Source of the DNA: Haliotis rufescens
Taxonomy: Eukaryota
Direction: 5' to 3'
Assembly: GCF_023055435.1 (NCBI RefSeq)
Contig: NW_025963791.1
Span: forward strand, 31,434,001 to 31,498,000
Length of the DNA: 64,000 nt
The first letter of the stretch is position 1. Every line of letters begins with the position of its first letter. Both the position numbers and the translations under genes were made by a program. Below the pieces are notes generated by a model. It was not told the origin of the DNA and ran no database searches. It was given only the letters and a program-made list of their open reading frames with translations. Shown here one piece after another: positions 1 to 12,989 of the stretch.

Positions 1-48
1 TAAAAGTGCAACTATCATCCAGCTAATTCAAGGGCCATAACGTTTTAC

Positions 49-326
49 CTTAATGTGCAGTCTATCACTAGTTTCTTCTGATATCTCTAACTGTAGCGTC
101 ATGGAGTCATTGGGGTATGGGGACTTTGTCGTCCGTTCCAAGTGTCCGATGACCCCAGTACTGGTTTTCTGTGAGAAGGTGAGCATATAGCTGCGGTCAA
201 AGTTGCGAGGGTAGTAGCAGTAGGGTGCGCCTTGCTCCACCCCCGGGCTCCAGCAGCACCCCCGGGCTTCACAGCTGGACTGGGTGGCATCTCGGTACTC
301 AGGCCAGCAGTCGGATCTGTCAGAAC
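49..326 (-). CDS. GAA: Coding exon 2 of a lysosomal alpha-glucosidase-like (GH31, GAA/MGAM/SI family) gene; trefoil domain and start of the N-terminal beta domain; gene continues beyond the window start
   Basis: Acceptor ttctAG before 326; translation (G)SDRSDCWPEYRDATQSSCEARGCCWSPGVEQGAPYCYYP...LQLEISEETSDRLHIK fits the trefoil cysteine pattern and the RLHxK motif of GH31 glucosidases; donor AAG|GTAAAA at 48-47. Confidence 0.85.
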
Positions 327-373
327 CTAGAAGTAGCAGAGTACAGGAATATCATCATCTTAATCAGGTCCTG

Positions 374-480
374 GGCCCACTTGCACAAAGCGATCTTAGC
401 GCTAAGACTATCGTAAGCCTATGTTAAAGTATGGGAGTTACGATAATCTTAGCACTAAGATCGCTTTGTGCAAGTGGGCC
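374..480. mobile_element. PIF/Harbinger-like palindromic MITE
   Basis: Near-perfect inverted repeat GGCCCACTTGCACAAAGCGATCTTAG...CTAAGATCGCTTTGTGCAAGTGGGCC flanked by a CTG 3-bp duplication. Confidence 0.65.
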
Positions 481-529
481 CTGGATACTGAGGCCTCTGG
501 TGCAGAAGCTCTTGGTTTACTGATAGTAT

Positions 530-1040
530 TGGCACCACGAGAATGGGACGACTTCAACTTTCCTATAGTCATTTTCCCTTTAAGTCAAGCAATATCCCTG
601 CAGCTTCAGTCCTTTGGGTCGACATTTCACAACTTTTTAGATACAATCCAACATGTTCTTTCTAACAAGGTTCCGTTGAGCGTCATACGAATTATGCTTA
701 GAAGTTGTTTGATCAAGGTTACAGTGAGTGAGGGAGTTAAACTTTAACATCACATCAGCAATATTTCAGCCATATGGTGATGAGATCAAGATTACAACAT
801 TCAAAGCCTCAGTAAAGTTTTCAAAGATTTTTATGGTAGATATGTGGAGAACATTTCCAAATTTGATGCATCAGCGCCAAGAATGATGTCAGGTGCAATT
901 CCCTATTTTGACTTGTACCACGTATTCCCGTGTTTTTTCAGGTGAACAATTGACTTGTCTTTGCATGTGTTTGTGACAGGTGCCACTGGCGGGGTCGGAT
1001 ACACTCACCCTATCGTGACCACCTGGTTTCATTACTGTTT
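530..1040 (+). mobile_element. Degraded Penelope-like retroelement fragment (RT C-terminal region)
   Basis: Residual DDFNFPIVIFP and KVFKDFYGRY motifs resemble the KRDDFNFPIVNFP and KFYGR motifs of Penelope-type RTs. Confidence 0.5.
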
Positions 1041-1273
1041 GACAGTGATTCATAAACACATGCTCACGATATAGTCTGAATCATACAATCGACTCGGCTA
1101 CCCGCAGAGATTTCTTATGAACATGGAAAGGGTTTTGTTGCTTTTATTTAAAAAACCTGATAACCATAGGGTTGTCAAAAGAAAATGGAGCCAAAGGTTC
1201 TGTAGCTCATCTGAACTATATATAGAAGAGGAAAGTATTTTATGATGATACAACCCTTTTATGGAGACAATGA

Positions 1274-2010
1274 TCAATGGTGAGCTAAACCAAAATTTGA
1301 ACGATAGATTCAAGGGCAAAAAATATATAACATTTTTTGCAGCCTTTTCAACAATACAGAGGTTATTCACACTTTCTGTACCATGTAATTGCTGCATAAC
1401 ATGATGACCCTATTTCATAACAATAGAAAAGGCAAAATAATTGGCCAAAATGACATTTTCAATATGGGCGTTGTGGCAGCCATGTAGAAAATGAGATTAG
1501 AATTATGTGAGCATTTTTTAGAGGCACTATAGCTGGGATTGTTCATACAAAGTTTCAGCTTCACAGGCCTTATACTCTCAGATGACATGTTGAACTGTAG
1601 TAACACTGGAACACAGGAACTCAGGAACACATGAAGATCAAAGATCATACATGTAGTTGAATCAAAATTAATCATGTGCCTCAAAATTTAGAATTGTTAT
1701 TCCCCATACCACAGATTCACTGCATACTAAATTTCTTAATGATGCATCCATATATGACTGTGTAATGGGTACACATTACATTTCCAATATGGCCACTGTA
1801 TGGCGGCCATCTTTAAAATTGGATCATAATTTTCTGAGCATTTTTTAGAGACACTATAACTTGGATATTTCCTGTAAAGTTTCCATTCATAGGCCCTTCA
1901 GCTTCAGCTGAGATGTCAGAATGTAAAAATGAAGGATGGTGGACAAGACATCAGTTATCCTGACAACAGACAGATTGCTCACTTGACTTTCAGTTAGGTG
2001 AGCTAAAAAT
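1274..2010 (-). mobile_element. Helentron/HINE-like non-autonomous element remnant
   Basis: Terminal hairpin GCTCACTT...AGGTGAGCTAAAAA near 1977-2009; two diverged internal repeats starting near 1455 and 1780. Confidence 0.35.
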
Positions 2011-2764
2011 ACAAGAATATGTTTTTTTCAAGTGATTTTGTCAAAGTATATTTGACTATGGTCATAGGATGAAGCTTGAGAATAACATGTAGGACACTTC
2101 TGCCTGGTCTCTTCATATTAATCTACTTTAGAACTTTATTATTTCAAAAAATATTTACTGGACCTAAATAAAAATAAAAGGACATAAAATTAGGGCTGGG
2201 ACGGGTAACTTGGGTACCCGGGCTCTAATAAGCGCCCACGGCGGTATTTGCTAATATATTGACTAGTGAACAATCCAAATTAGCATCCCTTTCGATTGAT
2301 CAATTTTCACAAGACTTATTTATTCACGTACAATACGCACCCGTGTGTTATATGCACCCTTAATTATGGGCATTTAAATTCTAGAAAAATATATCTGTTG
2401 TTCAAAAACGTTTCAGGCTGTCAGCATAAACCACGAAATTTATCTTTCAACTCTGTTTTTTTTCACCCAAATAATATTCTAATAAGAGCCCCCCAATTCT
2501 AAGTTTGAGAGCGCCCTGGGTGCTTATTTCATCGAATACGGTGACAGCCATCTACATTGATATAAACACTGCTAAAAAATAGATACCTAAGCTTTACTGT
2601 TTTCATGTGCACTTAAGTTCATTTGGTACTATACAATGCTATAACTAAATTACTATATATTATCTTATTAATTTTGTTGTCCCTGCATGTACATATATAT
2701 GTAGAAACACATCTATAGAAACACATCTTACAAACTTTGCAATATATATATTCTAGATTGTACT

Positions 2765-3250
2765 TCAATTCAATTTTTTTAATTCAGTATAACATGTATA
2801 AAGGCCACAGGCCCATGTAAAAATACATATTGACATAGAATATACATATTGGTGCAACATTAACAAGTATTACAAATGGGGATGAACGTAATACAATAGC
2901 CTCTTTAATATATTTACAGCATTGAAGTAAATCAGTTAGTTTGCCTGAGCTTATATGCTTAAATAACTGAGATTTACAATATATATTTGGAATCTGTTTC
3001 TGTCTGATATCATCATATAATGGACATGATAGCATCAAATGTAATTCAGGAAGTTATTGTAAATCGACATGTTACATAGTAATGCTTTCATGTAAAAATC
3101 AAGAAAATTAGTCATTTTCAAATGGCTGACAACTAGCCTTTTAGAACATGGAGAAAAACAGCTTTTGTACTGAAGACTGAGTACCTTTAAATGTGCATGG
3201 TATATACAAATATTTCATGATCCCTAACTTTGTTTGTTTAGTATAGTAAC
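2765..3250 (-). mobile_element. LINE 3' end remnant
   Basis: LSCPLYDDIRQK resembles the C-terminal HFLLxCxxYxDLR motif of LINE ORF2, followed by an A-rich/(TTGAA)n tail. Confidence 0.5.
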
Positions 3251-3432
3251 ATTAACATAAAGAAAAATATGAACAGGGCCTGTCATGCCTGTATGGTAGT
3301 GGATAGTTTTACTAACACGGAATATGGATCCAATTTTTCGAAATTTATTAAATGTTTTACGTTACTATATCTTTAAAATCTTTAAGAAAACGCACATAAA
3401 ACTGTGACAGGAATTGGGGCAATGAAACAAGT

Positions 3433-3706
3433 TGGGGTAGAATAGGTCTTCAGCAACCCATGCTTGCCATAAAAGGCGACTATGCTTGTCGTAAGAGGCA
3501 ACTAACGGAATCGGGTGGTCAGGCTCGCTGACTTGGTTCATGCATGTCACCAATCTTGGTTGATGCATGTCACCAATCCCAATTGTGTGGATCGATGCTC
3601 ATGATGTCAATCACTGGATTGTCTGGTCCAGACGCGATTATTTACAGACCGCCGTCATATAGCTGGAATATTGCTGAGTGCCGAGTTAAACAACAAACCA
3701 AACCAA
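3433..3706 (+). mobile_element. SINE family 2 (core CTTGTCGTAAGAGGCxACTAA, (CAAA)n-type tail); other copies at ~6365-6467, 13760-14017, 29615-29872, 42060-42275
   Basis: Multiple dispersed similar copies sharing the 3' end GCTGGAATATTGCTGAGTGCGGCGTTAAACAACAAAC. Confidence 0.75.
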
Positions 3707-4358
3707 CGAGAGTTACAAAACTACCAGGATACGAAATGACACAGAATGCCCACACACACCACACCCCTTTCAACAACTTTTAACAAATTATGTATCTGCC
3801 GATGAAGGTGATATCTGAGCATGGTTCCCTAGTGCAATTAATGTCTTTATATTATCACATACACCTATCAATGATATGAGTCATTTTGCATGCCTAATTA
3901 GAGACGGTCATATCACGGGGTGGGGAGGGGTTGAACTTTCCCAACTCTCCCACACAAGGTAAAAACAAATGTATTGCATTCATTTTGCGAATAGACATAT
4001 TTTACAATTTGATGTTTTGGTGTATGATATCAGTCCTCATCAACCCTCGACCTCCATATCAGCCCTGTGGCCTTCAGTCCTTGGCCTGATATGGGGTATG
4101 ATATGAAATCTGCGATATACTAACCTCTGATTTCAACATGTACCACATATCATCCTAAGCCCTGGGTTCTTAATTACCCAAAGGGTTTGGAAGTTTGTTC
4201 AAAGAATAAGCTCAGGGGCATTTATTATAGGAAGTACAGTACTTTATGCAGCTTTGAACCACCTGATTATGCACTGTTGTGTCGTCTGTCAGTTTTTATG
4301 CCTAAATCAATCAAATTCTCATTCGGTCATATTACTATGCAAAATTAATTATACTTGC

Positions 4359-4614
4359 CCTTGGAGATATCACACTGGCTTGATGCCACATCTATCACTG
4401 GAGTCTTTGTAACGGAATTGTGATCTTGGCTGCTGCAACTTTGAAACTGACTGTTGACCTGGTCAAAGAACACTAGATATACTCCGGCAAATGCACTGAA
4501 CGATGTAATCAAACCGACGACAACCCCCACAAGAAAGTACCATTTTCTGGACAATCTGGTGGCGTTGTGAGGGGTTCTGAGAAACAGTTCCACTTCGTCG
4601 TCCTTCATGCCCAT
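4359..4614 (-). CDS. GAA: Coding exon 1 of the GH31 alpha-glucosidase-like gene (short N-tail, signal-anchor helix, first trefoil Cys)
   Basis: MGMKDD...WYFLVGVVVGLITSFSAFAGVYLVFF...SSQCDISK; ends in phase 1 at G|GCAAGT, matching the phase-1 start of the exon at 326. Confidence 0.75.
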
Positions 4615-4731
4615 GTTTCACTTGTCTGGAAGACTGTCTAGGCGGAAGCACCGTCACGCCGTGCGTGATGTACACATGACTTGCTCCTCAAAACACTTCT
4701 CATTTCCTTATTCTGATATCAGCTGATTAGA

Positions 4732-4774
4732 CCGCCATGTTTATGTCATGTGACTTGTCTATTGGTCACATGAC
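4732..4774. promoter_or_regulatory. Putative proximal promoter: two inverted CLEAR/M-box motifs, a CCAAT box and a YY1-like site
   Basis: GTCATGTGAC 4745-4754, GTCACATGAC 4765-4774, ATTGG 4761-4765, CCGCCATGTT 4732-4741; 120-160 bp upstream of the ATG. Confidence 0.55.
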
Positions 4775-7255
4775 CAAGGCTCCCATGAATCGTTTGGGAA
4801 GCCATGCAACCGGCAGGCGAATTTATTCTACATAAAATCTTGCGATAATTTATTACGGCTAAGTTGATACTCTAACTAAGTGCATTATAGAGAGTGACTG
4901 GTAATCCAAACACTGTTATTTTGTAAGAATTGTAGCCGCTAGAAAATCGAAACTACGGTATAAAACAATTCTACCACGAATTTAGAAAATACTCGATTTT
5001 TATTGGTCAATCAGAGGTATCAATCACAATAAACCCCCCTCAAATTGAAACAACCGATTTCACTGCCGCATCACCTCGGAGGCTAATATTTACAAAATTA
5101 GTACTTCTTTGACAGTCATTATCGGTAGGCATATATTAATAATTATATGTACAAATATAGGCTAAAAAATGGAAAGCTGCGGGTACAAAATATTCAATGG
5201 ATGTGTAGCACTACATTTCGATCAGAAAACACAAGCTTACGAAGTTTCCGTGCTACTTTCTTTCAGTGTCTGTCATAAGTTCGAGTGAAATATTACGGTG
5301 TAAACAAACTTCTTGAGCACGTTTTGTGAAAGGCTGATGTTGGTGATTCCGTCTAATCTGATCGAAACCCCACTCGAAACACTGCACTCAACCCATGCTG
5401 TTTCACTCAACGTTTTTAGCTGAGGCCAAGGAGTTCTCCTTTTATTTAGTCATGGAAGAATGGCGACAAACATGCCGTGTTTTCAATGTAGAGGTAGCTG
5501 GGTTAACTGTATATTCCACCGCGCAAATTTAATATATGAGACCTCACGCTGCGCGTTCGGTTCCAAAACCAATTTAGCGGGGTTAAATCTACAGGTAACC
5601 TAGCTAACTCAACATTGAAAACACAGTATATGTATCTCTTAATAATCCGCCGAATCAGAAAGATAATTATCATATTCCCACGAGTTGGTGACGTTCTTCT
5701 GTCACGTTACATTTCCGTTTTAATTTTTATTTTTAAACTTTGCATATGTTTAAAAAAACACATGCTGAACTGGTGCCTTTTGATGTTTGGTATCTCGAAA
5801 AAATGTTTGTGTGTGTTTCCTTGGCAACAAACTGTACTTGGACGTAAGTATATGTAGCATTTGTTTCCAGAGTATAACTCGGAAACCCTTTAATATTTTA
5901 TAATGAAACTTTGCATCAAACGGATGCTGAACTGGTGCCTTTGATGTTTTGGTATTTCTATAAAAATAATTGTGTGCATTTTCTTGTTTTACGTAGTAGA
6001 GTCAAGTCTCGTTAATCCGACATCGTTGGTTGCACATGATTGTGTCGGATTAACGAGTATGTCGGATTAACGAAATGAAGTGATTTGTGATCGAAAATCG
6101 GACGTCTTCACGATAGAAAATAACCGTGTGTACCTTGTAAAAAACCCCACAAAAAACGAAATATTTATATTGTTATGTTGTTTATTCATTCATTCGTTAA
6201 TTTATAATTGATGACATTGAACATAGTGTCTGCAATGGGAACAAGTTTTCTTAAAACAACTACCGAAGTTACCTGAATGAAACTTTGCAAGCCTATCAAA
6301 GAGATACTTATCAAGACTGAGTTCGAAAAATAGTGCCATAAATATTTTTTTTCCAGATATGCCAAGGTCGATGATCATGATGTCAGTCACTGGACTGTCT
6401 AGTCCAGACCGCCGCCATATAGCTGCAACATTGCTGAGTGCGGCGTTAAAGAACAAACCAACAAACAAATGTATATTATTGCACGAGGAAAATAATAATA
6501 CTGTAGTATGTAGTTTGCAGTTTGAAGGTAATGGACTTTTATCATATAATGGCAAGTGTAATCGATGCGATACACCAATATGCTAAACATGGTATCACGA
6601 TCCTATAAATATGCAAATGAGGTCGCCCACCGGGAACTACTTTCAAACTCCATTCATCGATGCAATTTCTTTCTCAATGAACCGTAGTCAAACGTTCCCA
6701 ATATGTTATTGGTTTCTACATGCGTGTTTTCTGTAGCCATAAATGTACATATCAGTCATTGGTGCATAAGAGAAATTGGGCTGTTCACTCAATTATGTAA
6801 CAATACGCGGTTTTGAAAGTTACTTCATTGGGTGAAATTATGTTATGATATTATTATATTACACACGTTTATATACCGCGCTTATCCAGGTACTAGTATC
6901 TGCTCCAATGCAGTTTATTTGTTCCCCGGCCAGGGAGTCCGTTTGCATTCAAGTGATCATTCTCAACTACCTGGGGAGTATACAACCCAAGCTGCCAACG
7001 GGCATCAGAGGGTTTTTCCATCCACTTTCATATTACGTGTGAAAGATCCAATATTTCGGAATGACATCATATGATAAAAATAATATTAGACTCGAATGTT
7101 TCCGTACAGTGACTATCTTATGTTAGGGATAAAAATATGCTTATATTCCTTATATATGATATTTACAACACGGAAACACACTCGGCTAATACGCTCTATG
7201 TATTCTATCAATGAGGTTTCCCTCTATGGTACAATTACAGATTCCTTATAATCAT

Positions 7256-7798
7256 CATCTTCCCGAGGCAAGGGAGTTAACTGACTATAAAAGTCCAGTT
7301 TCTACCCTTGCCGAACTAGGCTGGAATTTCTGGGCTCGATCGTAGCGCCACCAGTGGTTATTACGAGTTGTGTCCCTTCTATGCCTCTCCTATGGACCAA
7401 TCGGATTCCACCTCTTGTATCACAAACAAGTTTCTAACAAAACGGCGGCGCCCAGTCAAGACGATCTGATCAATAATCAAGATCTATATTGTGATAAAAC
7501 GGGTCTCACATCGCAAAGTGCATCAAATCACTTGAGCCCCTTGATTAAAAACATGAAAATATTTGGAAAATATCTGCTGACGCCGAGTAGGTGGTGCACA
7601 TGCTTTGCAACTCCTGCAATCGACCGAAACCAGCACGACAGTATACAAACCGGATTTCGATTTCCTTACGCGATTTTGATTGGACTACGCATAGACTCAT
7701 TAGTCCAGTCAAAATATAACTCAATAATACCAGCCTAGTTCGGCAAGGGTGGAAACTGGACTTTTATAGTCAGTAAACTCTCTTGCCTCGGGAAGATG
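7256..7798. mobile_element. Mutator-like MITE with ~67-bp TIRs and 9-bp TSD
   Basis: CATCTTCCCGAGGCAAG...GAACTAGGCTG is inverted at the other end; TSD TATAATCAT/TACAATCAT; paralogous empty site near 26975-27020. Confidence 0.8.
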
Positions 7799-8980
7799 TA
7801 CAATCATGAATGATAATTAACAAAATTTATTGCTTTAGTAATGAGTTATTTTGGGCCTTAATTATAGGTTTCTTGATTTTTACCAATTTCTTTTTTCAAA
7901 CGTGGCTATATGTGTTACATGATGGTTCATGCCGTGCCCTCTGCTTGTGAGGCTATCATAATCATCTGGAATCTATAGCAGGTAACAGTGTGGGGTTATG
8001 TTGATGTACGAGGGGTGGCTAAAAGGTTCTGAGCTTCACTGCAAAGGATGAATAGTACACCCTTAACAGTTTGCAAGTATTAAGTACAATACAGAACCCA
8101 TATGTACCAAGCTTACAGGCTGCATTTGAACCAAATACTCAACCACGAATCATATTTCGGCAGGCATCAAAGTGACCAGGTATTCTCTGTTGATGAAATG
8201 GAGTAATTACAACAGCAACTCATCCATGCATCGGGTCAAAGTGGCAACTAAGGGGATGATCTTTCTTCCTTTGTCCCTGTTGAGAGGTGAAGAAAGAGTC
8301 CCGAAGACGATCCAAGATCGGGATCAAAGACTCTCAACTTCCACCACAACGGGAAATGTTGATGAAATACATGACATTTTTTTGGGTGATCAACTCACTT
8401 CACGTCACACAGTCAATACAGTTTGAGTACATTCTGAGGAATGAACTGGCATGACAAAGGTTTCAGCACGCTGTGTTTCAAGGCGTCTGATTAGAAACGC
8501 TCCAGTGGGAATTTACGTCGTTTTGAAGCGGATCCAGTTGATTTTGTTTAGCGATTTGTAACCATGGGTAAGTCTTGAGTTCACCACTATGAGCCAGAGA
8601 CTAGACAACAGTCAACGCCGTGGAAACATCTGACGTCTCCTCCTCCGAAGAAGGCAAAGTCAGTTCCATCAGCTAGCAGTTTTCTTGAATTCCAAAAGAA
8701 TTCTACTGGTGAACTCCCGACCGACCATTAATGGCAAATATTACGTGAATCTGACTATTCAACTGCGCGTGGATATCAAGGCTAATATTTTAACGTCGTT
8801 GATAAATTACTAAAGCTATTTTGTTTCCAAACGACAATGCACCTGTGCACAAGTCTGTTATTGTCATGGTTTCAATGCATGACCGTGGCTTTAAAGTCCT
8901 TGAACATTCTCCTTTGCTACCATATTTGGCACCAAACTTGAAGAAAGAACTGTCTTGCAAGCATGATGCAAAATGATGAA

Positions 8981-9696
8981 CACTCCGGCGCAGTGTTGAC
9001 TGCCACTGCCACAGGCTAATTTGCATATCACGTGACCGGACTTTTCTCTTGTTTGTAAACAAATGCGCTTTTTCAGAAATCAGTATAGAACAGACTGATG
9101 CAAGTATTTGGGGGTGCTTAACATATTGTTTTGCATAATTATATAGATATGCTACTACAACTGCGACAGTGAATTACATGACAATATATATTTATACATT
9201 AAAGTGACCGTATCGCTAGCTCTCCGTTGGGCTTCGATGATAGCACGTGGAGCCGTACAACCATTGTAAACAAAGGATAACTACGCAAAAACAAGTAGAT
9301 TTTCACGTATTAGGATACTTTCTTAATGAGTGAGTGAGTGAGTATGGTTTTACGCCGCTTTTAGCAATATTCCAGCAATATCACGGCGGGGGACACCAGA
9401 AATGGGCTTCACACATTGTACCCATGTCGGGAATCGAACCCGGGTCTTCGGCGTGACAAGCGAACGCTTTAACCACTAGGCTACCCGACCGCCCCCTTTC
9501 TTAATGAACCGTAACCATTCTTTGACATTTGTTTATGAAAATATGTAGACTTGTCAAACATGAAACGGATGAAAAGCATATCCAATATCTTGAATGGACT
9601 GTGAAAGATGTGACGAATCGTCACATGGCGCTGGCCTGTGGCAGAGTTACTATGCTGGCTGGCTGCCTGCCGCATGGAACTCTGGGTAGGAGAGTG
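8981..9696. mobile_element. Non-autonomous DNA element inserted in the mariner
   Basis: CACTC...GAGTG termini, ~9-10-bp duplication AAATGATGA, absent from the paralogous mariner at ~27940; the same end (AACTCTGGGTAGGAGAGTG) recurs at ~45024-45042. Confidence 0.55.
9330..9496 (-). mobile_element. tRNA-derived SINE family 1 ((ACTC)n tail); other copies at 10834-10925 (+, 5'-truncated), 13315-13472, 29162-29322, 46134-46297
   Basis: A box TAGCCTAGTGG and B box GGTTCGATTCC on the minus strand; TSDs TTTCTTAATGA here, TCGTTGGTCTGA at 13.3 kb, TTGTATGGCAGTG at 46.1 kb. Confidence 0.85.
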
Positions 9697-11130
9697 AAAA
9701 TGATGATGACGTCAAGTCTGCTGTCGAGGTTATTTTACACTATTAGGAGGAAGCCATCCATACCAGTGGGAATCAGGTACTTCATCATCGTTGACAGAAG
9801 CGTGTGTGCCTCGAGTATATTGATAAATAATTAGCAACCGATTTCATCACATTTAGGCTCAGAATTGTTTAGCCACCTCTCTTAAATCTCTGTTACCCAT
9901 CAGTCTGCTGTACATTTGACAGAACAACAGTTTGACGTTGACACCAACACTGAGTAAGTTTATTTGCTAGTTCACACTCATAAGCTTTACCTTACAACAC
10001 CAAGAACTGTTACCTTAATTATTCCCCAAAAGCTCTCACGGGGGCACCTTGTGTTGTTTTCGATATTTCCTTTCCACATTGTATGCATGAGGCGGACAAA
10101 GGGAGTTAAAAATGTGTTTCTGAGTTTTGACTGTACAGATCTAAGATTATTTTTCAAAGGCAATTAGGCCTTATTCTGTAAAATTACCATTGGCTCGGAT
10201 AGAACCGCTGGGCTAACCACGCGGTTCAAGATAATCGAGCACTGTTCGACTTTTTTTTAACCGAGCGTTCCTAACCGCGCCAATGAAAATACAACATCAT
10301 AAATGAACTGTTTCGATTTGCGCGGTTTTACCAACCGCTAGCCCCTAGCGGTTTGCAGTTGGTGAAACCGCGCCCAACCGCGTACAATGGAAACTAAGTC
10401 GCCGAACTTTTAAGCATAGTTTTTGTATATAGCATTTCAACCGCCATCCTAAACGTGCCCCAAACCGCGTGGCAAACCGCACACATGGAAACTCAGCCTA
10501 AAGGGCGGCGGCTTTTACATAAGCCAGTAAAGCTTGTTTGTCAATCCCCATTCATATATTTATGTATAAAAATCTGTTGAAACTAAATACATTGTAGAGC
10601 CTGGTTTGTTTGCATTGAAATCAGAACAAAGGAATCTGTAATTAAAATGTGTAAGGTGTAAAAAGCTTTCACATAAAAGAGCAAAATACATGGGGGAGAG
10701 TAAATACATAATTCTATATAATGTTCTTGAATGGAGCACATTTGAAAAAAAAGTTTTAAAATAATCCAAGCATATGCGATATTACCGTGTTTAAAGAATT
10801 AATATCAGTCATATATTTCTTACTTTGATCACCATGGGTACAATGTGTGAAGCCTATTTCTGGTGTCCCCCGCCGCGATATTGCTGGAATATTGCTAAAA
10901 GCGGCATAAAACCATACTCACTCACTACTTTGATCACCCGTATGTAACCCAGGTAAAGCATGCATATCGGGGAACATTGTAATGTTGGTACAGTTTATCT
11001 TGTCTTCGTGCTTTGTAATTAGCATTACACATTGGCTTTTCATATTCCTCAAGGTTTTAATGTTTATTTGTTTATGTATTTTTTTTTTCTCGCCTTTATT
11101 TTTTCGGGGTTATATATTTATCTAAATATA

Positions 11131-11283
11131 CAGAGAGGATATCACTCGAGTGTGTTTGGGATGGTAAATATCCTGCATTAGGAATAAACATTGTATTTAG
11201 CGAGCCTTGGCGAGCTAAATACATAGTGTTTATTCCTAATACAGGATATTTACCATCCCCAAACACAAGCGTGATAACCTCTT
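11131..11283. repeat. Long imperfect palindrome (~70-bp arms)
   Basis: AGAGGATATCAC...GGGATGGTAAATATCCTG...TAGGAATAAACA...GTATTTAGC mirrored as GCTAAATAC...TGTTTATTCCTA...CAGGATATTTACCATCCC...GTGATAACCTCT. Confidence 0.7.
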
Positions 11284-12624
11284 TATCATATAATGTCATT
11301 CTTTAATTCTGTGCTTTAAAATCGCTTTCCCTCTCTCACAAACATTACCGAAACATTGCGAGTTTTCCTGGAATGCGCGCATTAATATTTATTACGTCAC
11401 AGTGTAAGTGATTAGTCAGTCGGACAGTAGCCAATATAGTTCCAACTGAAATCTGTTTCTTATACAGTGGCGAAGCAACTGATAGGGAAAACAACAGTTG
11501 TTTTTAATTGCCTTTCGCGGCAATCCATCGGTCTGTCCGCTAGAGTAACTGCCCTTTGTCAAAGGGAAGCTACTCTAACTCTAGTCTATGAGACGTCACG
11601 GCCACGGTCAGACGTTGTTGACAGTCGGTCTGTCCTTTCATAACGTTAAGAAGTGTAGTCAGATGTACACACAGCGACAAAACGAAACAAGGTAACAGTT
11701 CAAACATATTTGGCCGAATCCAACCATTTTGATTTGTCGAGAAGGTTTCAAGCCACAGAGGTCTACAAGCACAGATATGGCTACTGATCCCGCTTGGCTA
11801 GGCCTCGTGCCCTTGCAAAATTGTTTCGAAATTTATATCTCGAAAGTTGCCCAAACTTATAAAATGCCTTAGCTACATCACAGTTAGACACTGATTTTCA
11901 GTATATTAGACAGTTCGTTTGATAATGATAGCAATAATCCCTGTAGTTTATCCAGATTCACGATGGTTAATTCTGACTCGATCACCGAATGACGAGGGCG
12001 ACGCCATGCTTGTTTATAAACAGTGAAAGTAGTCCTACTTGGCCTTTGATATTTGCATCTCTATCCGCATATGACCCCAACGGATATCGTTTTTATCCGT
12101 TGGCTTTATCCTGCCGAGAAACCTACCCATTATATGATAAATTTAGTTACTTGTATGTGTGGGGGTGTTTAACAGAAACCTGGTTGCACCATGATATTCT
12201 AGCCACTGATATTACACTGATACCATTTTCAAGTCGTAGCCTGTATTAAGTAATATATTTTAGATCTTAAATCAGAGTATAACGGTCAGCCTGAGCTGGA
12301 GGCGGGCGTGGATATGTTGACAGTTTTTACGTAGTTAGTGTCAAAACCGAATGTTTGCGAGGATTAATAAGATTTCTGAATTCAGTTACAACAGTAACCG
12401 TACATGTATTTGTCACATTAAGTCATTTCATTCAAATTTGTTTGGTGTGATATATGTCTTATAATTATTTTAGGATGGAAGGTACAGTTACCAAATAAAA
12501 TATGCTGAAATATCAATTCATTATGACCATATTTCATAATCTATTTTTTAAAGTAACCCTCCTTACATTAAAGATATATATTTAAAGAATATAGTACTTA
12601 AAGACATTGCAACAAACCGAATAA

Positions 12625-12776
12625 TCAGGGGGGAGACTTTATACTGAGGGGGGCGCGAAATATATCCGCCCGGGGGAGATTTTATTTCAGAACAGATTCT
12701 CCTGGGGAGAATCTGTACCGGTATAAAATCTCCGGGGGGAGAATTTGTACGGGGGAGAGTTTATACCGGGACACCG
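12625..12776. repeat. Short G-rich repeat array, probably a DNA-transposon subterminal region
   Basis: Repeated GGGGAGA(N)TT(T/G)TAC-like units ending in GGGACACCGG exactly where homology with unit 2 (28605) resumes. Confidence 0.35.
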
Positions 12777-12989
12777 GCTTAACTGCGCAACCTCGTGGGC
12801 GCGTTCATGCGAGCCGTATGCACACCTGGGGGGTCTCTATATAGAAACTGATGCTTGATGACAGAAAGGTCATGCGTCTTTACTGCTATTAATTTGTATG
12901 AATATTCAATTAATTTCAGAGTCTCTTTTTGAAACAATTGTAACTGAAATGCTTAAACTTTCTATCCCAGAAAATAAAAGATGTCAAAT

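Larger units (their letters stand above)
8007..9884 (+). mobile_element. Degraded mariner element with nested insertions
   Basis: TIR TACGAGGGGTGGCTAAAAGGTTCTGAGC and its inverse at ~9856-9884; transposase remnants (EDDPRSG, MTKVSARCV, HHYEPETRQQS, DNAPVHKS) with many frameshifts and stops. Confidence 0.8.

Noticed and set aside
9330-9496. tRNA gene call for A/B-box sequences
   Set aside because: Multi-copy, with unrelated body, simple-repeat tail and TSDs: these are SINE heads, not tRNA genes
10166-10501. MITE with AACCGC-rich internal repeats
   Set aside because: Termini and TSD could not be matched convincingly
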